From assembly GCA_013115145.1 (NCBI GenBank), contig JAAPAO010000003.1, positions 1 through 64,000 on the forward strand: 64,000 nt of DNA, in the 5' to 3' direction. The notes under the pieces are model-generated. The model saw nothing but the letters and a program-made list of their open reading frames with translations, ran no database searches and was not told the origin of the DNA. Shown here piece by piece: positions 25,980-37,846 of the stretch. Numbering within the stretch: position 1 is the stretch's first letter; the number at the start of each line of letters is the position of its first letter. A program made the position numbers and the translations under genes. Origin of the DNA: Perkinsus chesapeaki ATCC PRA-425. Taxonomy: Eukaryota; Protista; Perkinsozoa.

Positions 25980-26439
25980 GGAGAGTCTTTAACCGACAAT
26001 TATAGTATATGCCACAGACAAGCTGACTGATGAGGTGACCGCTGACGGTTCTCGTTAGTGATGGTAGCGTGGAGCTAGGATAAACAGGCCCGGAAATGTC
26101 ACAATATCTGTCCCGGTAATTCCAACACAGTTTCTGTCCCCACCTTTTATTGGTGGATGTGGCCCGTCTATGAGAGATGGATTTCGGACACAAATGACCT
26201 GTCCCGTGATTTTGTTACCTCCGAATACCCGGTCTGCTTCTCCATGAGTGTGGCAGAAAGCGATGGTGCTGGATGTATCATACATCCGATGTATGTCCCC
26301 CTGCGACCACCAGCTTGCCATTAGCTTGATTAGTGTTCACATTTGCACACTGTGTCCCGTCGTTTTGTTTGCTAACACTAGTCGCAGCGCAAGTCTTGAA
26401 CCGCTTGCTGAGTACTCTAGCAGTATTATGCTAGCTCCA

Positions 26440-29100
26440 TGATACTTGTGGGTTCCAACACAAGGATTCATTGCTTAGGACAACATTTTCACACATTTAA
26501 TGAGCAATCAGTTAAAAGCAATGTAAATTATTTATCAAGTTCTCCCGCCGCCAAATCTGATCTTGCCATACCAGCTGCTCTGTCTCAAGGGATCCATCTT
26601 CGCCGAGTAGCTGCTTGCTCCAGCAGCACAACCTACGCTTAGAAAGATCCTACAATGAATGCCCAGAACAACGTATCTCTTCGAAATCTCACCTCTGTAC
26701 TCCGCGTAAAGGGCAGGATCTAGTGTGCCATCAGACCTCCTGCATCGGCGGAGCGGCTTAGAGTCGGGTGGGGGCTGGTATGAGATCTCCCGATTGTCAG
26801 ACTGGCAATCAACGTGACCCGTTTGGCCTGTAACCGCCTACCATTGAACGGGGAATCGTTCGAGGAGGTATATCGGCACGATCGAACGATCGAGTCATGG
26901 TCTCCATGTTTTTCCGAGGGGCAAGCAACTCTAATAGATCCTTCGTCTCATATAGGGGCTGAGATTACAGCGGTGTACAGAAGTAGCGATGAGCGTTCAA
27001 GTACATTCAAGTCATTCTTGATAGGGGAATGAATGATTGCAGCATGAAGGAGCCCAGCGCCTGCCGCCGAGGTCCAGAATCCGGGGCCAAGGGGACCTGT
27101 CGAAACAGTTGCTCCCAACTCGTGAAGCATTTCGCTGCCTTACTCCGCTGGAAAGTGGGATGCCCCGCAAGCTTTCGCGCCAATCTGACCCCAGCTTTGA
27201 AGGTAAGACCCGATACGTCATTCGCGTCCTTGCCACGAATGCTTCCGCCAAACCTAATAGGATACTCCGAACGGCTAAATTCACAACTGAGCTACCCTGT
27301 TATTGGGAAGCCGGACTTCCGAATCTTGTCGTCGGCCTCGCCAGACGACCTGGTTGAAGCCTTACTATTGAAGTGAATTAGACTTGCTCCCCCCTACGCT
27401 CGTATGCGGGGCGGACCTCGCGTGAGTTCTGTTGCTAGACGGTTCTCCTTAGAGTGGACTGAGCTATGAATGTTTTCAGCTACTCGGCCAGGTATGAAGC
27501 CACCATAGCCGACGATGCCTAAAGCAATAGTTATGAGTTCGTCCGCAACAATGTTGATTGTAGTGGCGACGTCTCCTCACAAGAAACAGGTAAGGGTGCG
27601 AAGTGCAGAGGCAGGTGGCCGGCTTGTGTCCGGTATCCAGGCATCGACGCGCTTCGTCTTAAGAGGGACGATGTGCCGTGTGTGCACTGAGGCTGGTAAG
27701 TACGCCGATTTCGCGGACCGGACATGAAGGAAATCTTAAGGAATGAGCGGGAAAAATGTAAAACATGTTCCTCTGTTGTCGCGCGCCATGGAATAAACAC
27801 GTCGAATTCGAGCGCCGCTGCGGATTCGAAACGCACATCTGAGCGCGGGAGGGAGCTGCAAACCAACTGCAGTCCCGCGTTCGAGAGGAACCAACATAGG
27901 TAATAAACTCTTCCTGCAGTATTCCCTGACTTCCAAAACAAGATACGGCGGATGTACGGGACATTATCCCACGGTCGGTACACTGAGCGATGTCATTGTT
28001 GGCAACGGCCTAACCATGCCGACAAATCATCGACAATGATCGCGCTGGCAAATACATGTGGTCACAGGACAGAGCGACTATTGCTGGAAGTAATGATCAA
28101 TTATCTGTCAGTGATGAACCATTCCAGAATGACATATGGAGTAACGAAAAGGACAAGCAAAAAACTAACGAGGATACTGGATGCGGGGAATACTGCGGAA
28201 AGCATAAAGAGTTCGGCATAACCATATGACGCGGGCAGGTGACATGGAATTTGCGTACTGGAAAAACCAGAATGCTGGGAGCTCGGGAATTTTAATAAAT
28301 ATTGAAGGCTTCTCAAAGAAGGTGAACAACCTAATTTTGAGAGATGTAGAGAATCGGGGTGGCGAGAGGCGACCTTGCCACACTGAATGGCTCACAGTTG
28401 TAAGCTCACATTTTTCACGGCTTTGCAAGATGTACTGCTACATATGGCTTCTAGCTATACCGCTGGGCCAGAGCTAAACGGCCAAGAACGGGCCTGCCTG
28501 GGAACTCCGACAGGCCAATGGCCTGAGGCCATGTCGACAAGAGGATCCGTGTCCTCATAAGCTGCCTTCGAGTAGGTTGGCATGAGAGAACACGTTTAGG
28601 GATTCGTGACATGTACGTGATCTTCAGAACCCCTCTTTCTACTTTCGGTAAGTCGGAATTACTAATCCCATGCACGCGTTCTCTGCGCTCCACTTTGGCG
28701 CGAAGATCGGAGGCTCGCCAGAAGCGGACCTTTTGTGCAGCACAACGTGATAGGCAATTCAGCCATTCCAATTCTCTCAGCCTCAAATTTTCGTCTTCAA
28801 CCGAGTTGGTTTGACGAAAATAGCACTGTATGAAAATGCTTGTTATCTGGAAAGCTTCTGGTGGAAGCTCGGAGGCGTTATCGGAGTCTTTAAGAATAAA
28901 GGTCACTGCGGGGAGATTCGTTCCCAACAGCGCTACCTCGTGAGTTTGGGAGACGATAAAAACCGCTCAATGCCACTTCGAAAAGCGGCACTTGCTGGCA
29001 AGATGCTGCTCAGCTACACAGTGTGACGCCCCAACGTAACATGGCGTCGCGATCATCCGTTTGGATCAAGTTGTTTCATTAGCTGTAGGTTAGAGATAGG
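26440..29100 (-). CDS. Hypothetical multi-pass membrane protein
   Basis: Hydrophobic exons LFMLSAVFPASSILVSFLLVLFVTPYVILEWF, VYYLCWFLSNAGLQLVCSSL and GLLHAAIIH...LLLYTAVISAPI follow a hydrophilic N-terminal part. Weak ABC-2-like resemblance only. Confidence 0.4.
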
Positions 29101-29184
29101 AGGACAGGGAGGGCGATCTTTAAGAAGAGCGCTGAGGAATCTCAACGTCGGCAACCATGTGTGGCATGCTGCTTTGTCTTTACA

Positions 29185-29740
29185 ATGATATCTGCTTCCT
29201 GCATACTCGTCGTCATCACTATGTGCATCTCTCCGGGTGTGATGGGCCAAGGCATCAGGTCAGCAACGTATGTATCCTACAGTCCCGATATTGTCAGCCT
29301 GAGGAGCATCACAATCAACAACCATGCCAAAGATGCATTACTGCTCTTCAAGGACCCGGAAGAGGGGCTTCGTGCAACGTTCCAACTGGTTGGCGGTGAT
29401 CTAATACTGACATTCACTCGAAGAGACCTTAAGAGGCTGCTCCATAATCATCCCGAGTTCTACGCCGTCACTAGCGCAGACTCTCCCGCTGGCGACCATC
29501 TTGTCTTCAAGTATGACTACGGAACGGGGGTCATTAAGTATACTCTACGTAGCGGGAATACAGCTTTATGGCTCAGCCTTCCCCTGTGGAGGGCTAGGCG
29601 ACTGTAGAAGAAGCTATAGAACGGATGACATAGCCCTCCCCTCTGATTCAACAAGGCCTTTCGCGGCTATAGAAGGTGTCACAATGATGATACGCAGCAA
29701 AGTATCAATTCTGTACCAGCCATTTTGTACCCATACCTAA
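29185..29740 (+). CDS. Small secreted protein, family copy A
   Basis: Signal peptide MISASCILVVITMCISPGVMG; clear paralogue of 31049-31489. An optional 34-nt intron at 29586-29619 would extend it beyond the TAG at 29607. Confidence 0.8.
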
Positions 29741-29899
29741 TCGTGGCTTCATTTTCACAATCAATCAACCAGCTTTGCCTTGCGTAGCAAAAAGTGCATG
29801 AATTGCTGATATAATGGTGTACCGTAGCTCTACAACGTGAGCTGAGAGTATCCGAGGTGACTAGGTGAGAAATGCAGAGTAAGATACCTCTCCACTGCG

Positions 29900-31000
29900 A
29901 ATATGCCCTCTTGACGCACTCGAGTCCCTGAGTTGTGAGCATAGTTAGACAGAAACTGCTGTGGCCCTTTGTAGCTTCCAGGGACTTTCTCTCAGCCCAC
30001 AGGAGCGATCTGCCAACTAACGTGGGAACTGTGCACCACTCAGTTAAACTTGGCGATTCTCAGCGCGGAGTTCCCATGACGAACTCTACTAGATATAGGG
30101 AATACTCGAGGAGGCTTCTCGGAGGAGCCTTAACTCAACTAGGATGCCTATCGGAGTAGCTACAATTATGGTGATTCACGTCGATACAGAGCATCTATTG
30201 TACTACAATAGATACTCTGAGTCGCCGTAAGTTCACAGGCGCCCGCGAGACTCTGCAAACAGCACTCGACAAAAGGTAGCGCATTCTGCCGGCATGCATT
30301 CAGCGTACGTGACGTAGAATCTACGTACAAGTTCTCTTCCCATTTTACTTGCAAGTGTTAGCCTTGTTATAGAAGCCAGATAGGGGTAAATGTATTTATA
30401 CAACTTTGTAACTGCGTACCCTCACGAGTCGGAAAAACCCTTGTGAGAATGAGCCTGGGGAATTGTATACACTGCTGACTAATATACGAAGGGATTCGCC
30501 CCTCGTGTGTGTGGAAGATTACTCCACGCATGCGTACAGAGCTGTGGGCGCTCACCCTCCTGCCCGGGCGCGGAGGTTTGATGTCATCGTCTCAAAGTCT
30601 TTTAGAGTCACCTCAGCTGTCGAATCGACAGCGAAGAACCCTGGTCTACAGCCCGGGAGATCTCGCACTCGAATACGACCATAAGCTGGTTTTTCAAGTG
30701 ATTAACGAGATCCTCTCCTGTAATCGAGGGGCTCCCGAACGCGCAGCCGCGGGGGTTATCTCTGGTCGCCGTACGAGTACCGGATACAAACTGTAAGATT
30801 CTGCGGTATTGAGCGTTGAAAAGAACAGGGATAATCACCTGCATGGTTTCGGTTGCCAATAAGAACCGTTCCTTGCAGCTTCGACAATATCATTTGCTGA
30901 TTTGTGTTCCAATTCGGCAGTGTGGCCTGCTGCGAAGCCTGATTTAGGCGTCACGGTCCTGCGTGAGATTCGCGTAGCTATGGTGCAGCTAAAACACGAA
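29900..31000 (-). CDS. Hypothetical protein between secreted paralogues
   Basis: Exon-like ORFs 30166-30354, 30608-30859 and 30835-31017. No family recognised. Confidence 0.3.
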
Positions 31001-31048
31001 TAGTGGTAGGAAAACACCTCGAGCTATTCACTTTCGTATAACTCAACA

Positions 31049-31489
31049 ATGACCAATTCCGCCAGTATACTCGTCGCCATGAGCATGTATGTTGCTCAGG
31101 CAATCAGAGTCAGAGGGATTAGATCCGCAAGTTATTTCTCATACACTCCGGATCTTGTTAACCTGAGCAGCATCATGATCGACGGCAGTACCAAAAAGGC
31201 GATATTGGTCTTTGACGATCGTCAAGAAGAGTTTCATGCCACGTTTGAACTGACCGGGAACGGCCTGATATTCAGCTTCACCAAAAAAGATCTGCGAGTA
31301 CTTATTCACTATCATCCCGAGTTCTACGCCATCAACGAACACCTCATCTTCAACTATGATTATAAAACGCGGTTCGTCACCTATACTCTGCGGAGCGGAA
31401 GGAGCGCTTTATGGCTGAGCACACTCGTACCCTTCCAAGGGGAACCTGCCGCGGCTACAGAAGGTCTCATGATGAAGATCTACAGCTAG
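31049..31489 (+). CDS. Small secreted protein, family copy B, intronless
   Basis: 146 aa with a signal-like N-terminus. Shares GIRSA.Y.SY.PD.V.L, HPEFYA and YTLRSG..ALWLS with copy A. Confidence 0.82.
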   Translation: MTNSASILVAMSMYVAQAIRVRGIRSASYFSYTPDLVNLSSIMIDGSTKKAILVFDDRQEEFHATFELTGNGLIFSFTKKDLRVLIHYHPEFYAINEHLIFNYDYKTRFVTYTLRSGRSALWLSTLVPFQGEPAAATEGLMMKIYS

Positions 31490-32107
31490 TGGGAGCGAAT
31501 TTGTATTGCCGTCTCCTGTATCCCTGCCTAATCTAGCCTCCTCATGAGCTATTTCAAAGATCTCTGACTTGCGTAGTACTAAGTCAATGACGGAGGAGAA
31601 CGATTGAGGAATTGCCAGGCACGGTCATATAGGAGTGAACCGCTGCTCATCACACCTAACCCAGCTTCGGCGTTGAAAACAAGAGGCGATCTAATGGGAC
31701 CAAGGAAGGAGTACTCCGTCAGTGCTTTCATTGACACCCTCCGATTGATCAGCTCCAGCGATACAGATCAACCATAAGATATCCTGCCATCAACCCACAC
31801 ATGCCGGTGGTTCTGTAGGTAAGGAACTTTTTAATCGAGTGCAACGCTAAGCAGGCCATGCTTTTCGTTCATGCCTAGGCTACTTGTGACAAGTCGAGCT
31901 GGCAGTTTGACTCCATACTTTCGCAGGGGAGTAAGCTTTTACAGCCTATAATCAGCCATCGAGGGACTCCGCCTCATTGATGACGTAACGAGTGCGCAAT
32001 GAGAATGTGCACATCTGTCATGCATGGGAAGCTAAACGACAAGCATAAAAATAAAGGTATCGAACTCGATCGTAATGGATCGGATGAATGCTTGCATATC
32101 ATGCCAA

Positions 32108-35100
32108 TCATAGGTCGAATGCTCCAAACTTGCCTCCTGCGGTTGAAGCGTGAGAGGTGAAGATGCTACTAGTCTTTCTGCCTCTTGTTGTCATCCGGCG
32201 CTTGAGTTCAGCGCTGCGTTGTAAAGTGCGCAGGACAGTCTCTTCTGACTCAGCGAAGTGTCCGCTCCTGATCGCCTCGGATGCACTATGATAGCTATGT
32301 ACTCGGGCATAGGGGTCCTTGCCGGCCACCACAGCTCTTTCTCGCTTTGCCTTTTGTAAGCTGGCCTTGTCAGTGGCGTTGCGATCAGTGAGGGATTTCC
32401 GCATCACTACTGCCCTGAGGTGCTGTCGCGCCCTTCCCAAACGTGTCTGTGTAGAGGCTTCATCGTCTTCCAAGAGGAACAGGGCCGACATGCCCTCCAT
32501 GAATTGTTCTTCATCCTCGCTCTCACCTTCAATAGCATCAGGGTCTTGGTGCCAAGGGAAGACATCACTGGAGACGTCCCTCATGCACGGAGCACTCTCC
32601 CACATAGGTGTCTTGAACAATTCTAACTTTTGCCGTAGTCGATACCCTGTCAACCTCTGCAGTGTCGTGGCTGTATTGGACCCGGTGCCCCTTCTCGTGG
32701 AGCTCCTCAAGCGTATGCTGGTCTTGCATCGACGGATAGCCTTCTTCACAAACGATTGCTGTTCAATTTCATCCGACTCTATACCGGCGTCGATGCCCGA
32801 CGACTCGTCATCGGAAACCATATCGGCGATAACCTTCTCAGTCTCGTCCCTCTCTGAAGGTGTCACCTGCCGCGCCAGAGCATCTGCCTTGTCTACCCAT
32901 TCATGCCGTAGTCTTTGGTCACGAGGAACATCAGTGATGGCGTGCCCAGGGAAAATGATGGAGTGCATACTGGGTGACATCGGTTCCTCGTTTTCATCGA
33001 TCGCTTCATTCTCGCCACCTGGTTCGAGGTCAAGCTCGAGTGAATGCTCCACCCGAGCCAGCCAGCTTTCTCTTCTAGTCTTGTCAACTGGGAGGTCGGT
33101 TAGGAAATGACCACCTACAACCGAAGACCCTCCCACACTTTGGGATATGTCTTGGCCTGCCCAGGTGCCCCGTCTAGTCTTTTCAACAGGTAGCTCGATA
33201 ACCGGAATAATATTAGTTTTGCTTCTATACTGCTTTCGTGCGAAAGCGTACCGCATGTTGACGGAATCTACACTTCTTCTATTTCCGGAGATCCGCCCTT
33301 CCACAATTTCTGCTATCGCTTCCTGTCTCGCTGCTGGTCCGCTGCTGCTTTCTCCCAGTGCATCTTTCGAGGAGCTCAAATAACGGTTCAGAGCTTTCAT
33401 AGTATTCATTCTAGCAAAACGCAAGCCGCTTTTAGACCGCATTGGCCGTCTCCCCTGTGCGTCAACGTTTTTAGATTGCCGCGCTGGCTTGTTAGATGTA
33501 CGTTCAAGATTGGCGTTGATTATACCCGTCAACTGACAATAGGATAAGGAGGAACTGATATACACGCAGTTACTTGGCGCCGGTCCTCCTGAGTGGCCAG
33601 CACATCCCTCTGTCTGTCACAGCGCTTCCTTTTCACTCGCCGCTCCGCTGCTTCCAATAGGATTTTTCGAGCCATCTCTATGTAGCTGAAGTCCAGAGCG
33701 TTGCGACGGCGAAAGGGGCTATATTCTTACAAAGAGAGCTCTTGTGGGAAGTCCATGATCGTCTCGAGGAAATCGATTGTGTGGAGAACGTAGAACTCCG
33801 AGAAGGTGATGCACTGTGCCTGGTGAGCGTAAGGTTCAATTTAACGATCGAGCTTTTGTTACTTGGACAATGCGAACTGAGTTCACCAACAAGGATAGCT
33901 CTCCGAAGTGCGTATTGTATCCGTTTTCTTTCAGTGTCATAGATGCTCTCTGTGATTTATTAAGTAGACGTACCTGCGTAGCTTGACTGCGGTGGCGATG
34001 CCTCGGCAAGGCACCACCTACTTTCCCTCTCGATAAGAAGTACGCGCAGTCCGCGAGCTCCCCAGCTTCGAAGAGGATGTCGTTTGGACCGTATTCGACA
34101 GGAACTAGTTTCAGCACGAGGCTCGTCGGTAGCTGTGCGTCGACGTTGGGACACTCAGAAAACATGGGCAGCCTGTGGAACAAGTGCTGCTTACATAACG
34201 CGAAGAGATTAGTATCGTATTGGAGTGAGAGTCTTACTGGTTCAGGACACCCCCACGGATGTGCCGCTGTACTTCACAACGCAGTGGCAAGGACAGCATG
34301 TTGAGGATCTCATCGCACTCCGCTCGGTGGAGGCGATGCCTTGGCAAGACACTACTTCCATTAGAGTATACTTCTCTCACCTTTCTTCCTGAGCACGGAA
34401 GTAAGTTCGGACCTTCTCCATCAAGACTGAGGGCAAGCGGAGATTACGCTTGAAGTACGAGAGTGCACGCTTCTGTTCCAATTGAAAGTGGCTAAATACT
34501 ACGTCGGGTGGACTGTAGAGCGTTTGAACCTGGTAGAGGGCGATGGATAATAGAAGATGATAATAACATCGACAGCGGCAGGATTCGAACCTGCGTAGGC
34601 AGAGCCTAATGGATTTCAAGTCCACCTCCTTAACCACTCGGACACGCTGTCACATACAAAAACGAGCAGCAGTGAAAAGTGATGACTAGTTACTTCTGCC
34701 CAAACTCACATATCCCACAGTCAAGCCGAAGGCAGCACATCCCAGAAGCATTGCTATTATTGAATACAAGTGCTCACCCCAGTGCCGAGCATACACGTTC
34801 CCGTACCTAACACCACTTCTCAGGCAAACTCGTTGTCAACGAGATTGACACTACGAGTCTGATAGTATAAACCGCATGGCGACTACCCCTGCGCCTTCTG
34901 GCGGGAGACACCCCCTTACCCGACTGCTGCAATGGTTTGAAGGCTCCAAAACATGCTGCGAAGGTAGGCCTCAAAGACGTCTGGAACAACACAAATCCTA
35001 TCACCGGTGGCAGAATAACTGAAGGGAAGGTCCTCTTCGGTAACTTTTCGAATTGGAAAAGTACTCATTCCGGTCCGTGAAAGCGGTCGGTAATAGCTCG

Positions 35101-37130
35101 GCTGCTTGACTATTAGTACAGGGACGCTGATGCAGGGTCACCAGCTCAGCTGGGTATAGACCTGAACAAGCCATTAGCTATTCACAAAGAGTTCAAATTA
35201 TGAGATGCCCGGAATGAACTTCAATTTCCGTGGGTCTCATCACGAGTGTCCCTGGTCTCACTCCCAAGCTCTTATATGAGCATAGCTATCGCCACTGTTA
35301 TCCTAGGCAATCACAGTTTTGAACTCTTGCAGTCAACCGTATCCGAGACAGGTGGTCGAAGGACGTTAAGGCACCCACCCTTGAACTCTCCTAGTCCGTA
35401 GATCCAGTTTTCAGAGCCTGATCGGTAGAGCTCCCACCCAACCATGCCGAAGGCGCATGCAATCCAGTGTGCAATAAGCATCTGGTAACAAGCAGGCTAC
35501 TCAGTGCTGAAAGCCTCGACAGGGTTATGAGATAACTTACAACCAAGATGCTGAATTTGACCATCCCAATAATAGTCATGATAAACGACTCGATTAATGC
35601 AGTTCCGGTTAGCGACATTGACAACTCATCCATCACGCTCTTTAACTGAAGAAGCATGTGTCCAAGGCGCAGTGCTCATTCGGTTAAGAGATATAATGCC
35701 ATAGCCGTCAACGTACGGTGGCGCTGAGAGCTTCAGAGGCTTCTTGAAAAAGAAGTTCAAAGCTTAACTCCGTGGAGTCGCCTGATTCACTTAGCCTGAT
35801 TGTCCACTCTTTACCGTCTCTAGCGGATTCGAATTATTAACTCGGAAGCGGCAAGAATTAATGACAAGCTCACTGCTCACCTTAAGCACTCGGACGAGTT
35901 TCAGGCCACGCGCAATTCTGCCGACTCGAAGAATACGAAGTAGGTTCGGCCCACGAGCACCAGCCGACTAACAGACGAATCTTGTACGCAACATCATCGC
36001 TGGCTCTTACATCTGTTCCACCTATTGCAGTCATCATCCAGGCGTAGGGGAAGGAGGCTATGAGGTCCAGGATAAACCAGCCTTTCAGATAATGCAACGC
36101 AGCCTTAAGACACGCACGGTCGGACCAGTATTGATACCAGTGCCGACCTCTTTAGCGCCCATCTCAATGATGCCGTTTGCTTTTTGGTACCCAGTGCTGA
36201 AGTTAACCAATATGTCTATTATAAAGAACCTATAGCGGGGAGCAGAGATGCAGCAGCTTCTGGTGAGTCACTAGTAGTGGGAAGTGTGCGACGAATGGAC
36301 AGTAGTTGAGCGGATTAAGGAGAAGAGATTGTCAGGGATTTGTTTCTTACACTGTGACGATATGCTCGAACACTTCATAAGCTGGAGAGAGCTGAATATA
36401 TGGGAAGGCGATTATCACGGGAACGCTGAAAGCTTGATACAAAATAATGGCGAGTAGGAGGATGTCCCAAGTGCTGCGGAAACTGAGAAAGCATTGGTGA
36501 CCTATTAGGATATGCCCTATAGGCTCACGGGCTGTCTGGCCAGACAAGGCATTCTGATCTCAGCAGGAGCTCCTTAGCCTGAACTAATATCGATGGTCTC
36601 TCTTTGCTGAACGCCTTTTGAACGCTTTCTCCTTCAGGCGTCGCGTCATATAGAGTCGCAAGGGAGGTTCTGCCAGTCCCAAGGACACTTAGACCAGCAC
36701 CAGCTAGGTTGTGATCATCGCCAATCGTTTGACGCTTCCCTATGGTTTTCTGAGACGCCAAATGCCTATGATGGAGACATCAACAGCGACGCATGCGTAC
36801 TTCCTCAGCTATGAAGTGGTCTACACAATCTTCATCGAAATCGGTGAAGAAGCCCTCGTAGGTCCGCTTCATCATAGTATGCTGTTGAGTGTCACGATGC
36901 TTCAGCTGCTTCGCTATCGCCTAACAGGTGTGAGTAACTTCCATGACACGTGATGCCGAGAACCGAAACTTCCTCGCAAACGAAAGGGAAAACTCTGGTC
37001 TGCTTACGTTAAAACTCTTTTGGCTAAGCTTGCGAGCAGCAGCCGTCATTGACTTTACTCTTCTCCGACTAGCTGCTGTGTCATTTGACTCGCAGATCCG
37101 CACTCGACGACCTTCCCGAATACTGCGCAT
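32108..37130 (-). CDS. Cyclic-nucleotide-binding-domain voltage-gated cation channel (EAG/HCN/CNG-like)
   Basis: S1 WDILLLAIILYQAFSVPVIIAF; S3 HYLKGWFILDLIASFPY; pore YLRSMFWSLQTIAAVG|YGNV; S6; CNBD LVPVEYGPNDILFEAGELADCAYFLSRG...HFGELSLL; long final exon 32108-33532. Start approximate. Confidence 0.88.
34570..34651 (-). tRNA. tRNA-Ser(UGA), intronic
   Basis: 82-nt cloverleaf GACAGCG/CGCTGTC, anticodon loop CTTGAAA, long variable arm, T-loop GGTTCGAATCC. It lies in intron 34530-34709 of the channel gene on the same strand. Confidence 0.96.
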
Positions 37131-37669
37131 ACTGTAGCTCCCTGTATGAGGTGAGTGTACGCTAGATGCACTTGACTGATAATAATCACTCAGTAATCCA
37201 CGGTGAAAGCCCGACACAGTAACACAAAGTGTGTTTTTGCACGAGAAATAGAATTGTTGGTGCATGTTATCCTGCCAGTTGTGACGCGTGCTCGTACAGG
37301 GCTTGTAATGGGTGAAGCTCCCTCGTAATTAGTTCTTCTGGTGCACCTGATGCAAAAACAGAATGCAATATTCTCATGCTCATTCAGCGTTCGATATTTT
37401 ATATATGAAACGTTGAAGGAGCATGATACATGCTGAACATAACTTGTACAGTACAAGTACAAGTACTGCGCATGCGATGTCTGTGAGAGAAGGCGCTTGA
37501 AGTTGCAAGAAAACCCGAGTTGCTAAGAATGTGTTGCGCGGTGTATAGTCCATGTGTCGCAGTGCGACAGTCGCACGCGCGACGTGACGTGTGCGGACCC
37601 CGGCGGAATCACTCCGCACTGCGGAGCAGAGTCTACGTGAAGCACCGAAGTGAAGAAAGTTACGAAAAC

Positions 37670-37740
37670 TGCACCATCCGAGAATCGAACTCGGGTCACA
37701 ACGATGGCAACGTTGTATTCTACCACTAGACCAATGGTGC
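37670..37740 (-). tRNA. tRNA-Gly(GCC)
   Basis: 71-nt GCACCATTGGTCTAGTGG...CAACG-TTGCCAT-CGTTG...GTTCGATTC...TGGTGCA, followed by a TTTT terminator. Confidence 0.96.
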
Positions 37741-37846
37741 TGATGCTTACAACTTGCTCAAAGCACAATCACACCTCAAGAGTTCTAATCAAAGCAGTTT
37801 TGGAGGTCCACAGTATGTTACTACGGAAGCTAGCCTCATGTATAGT

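Noticed and set aside
32319-33110. 263-aa plus-strand ORF
   Set aside because: Antisense shadow of the channel's last exon.
34377-34637. ORF starting MVKEVDLKSIRL
   Set aside because: Its N-terminal part is the tRNA-Ser sequence and intron; only the VQTLY... portion is a channel exon.
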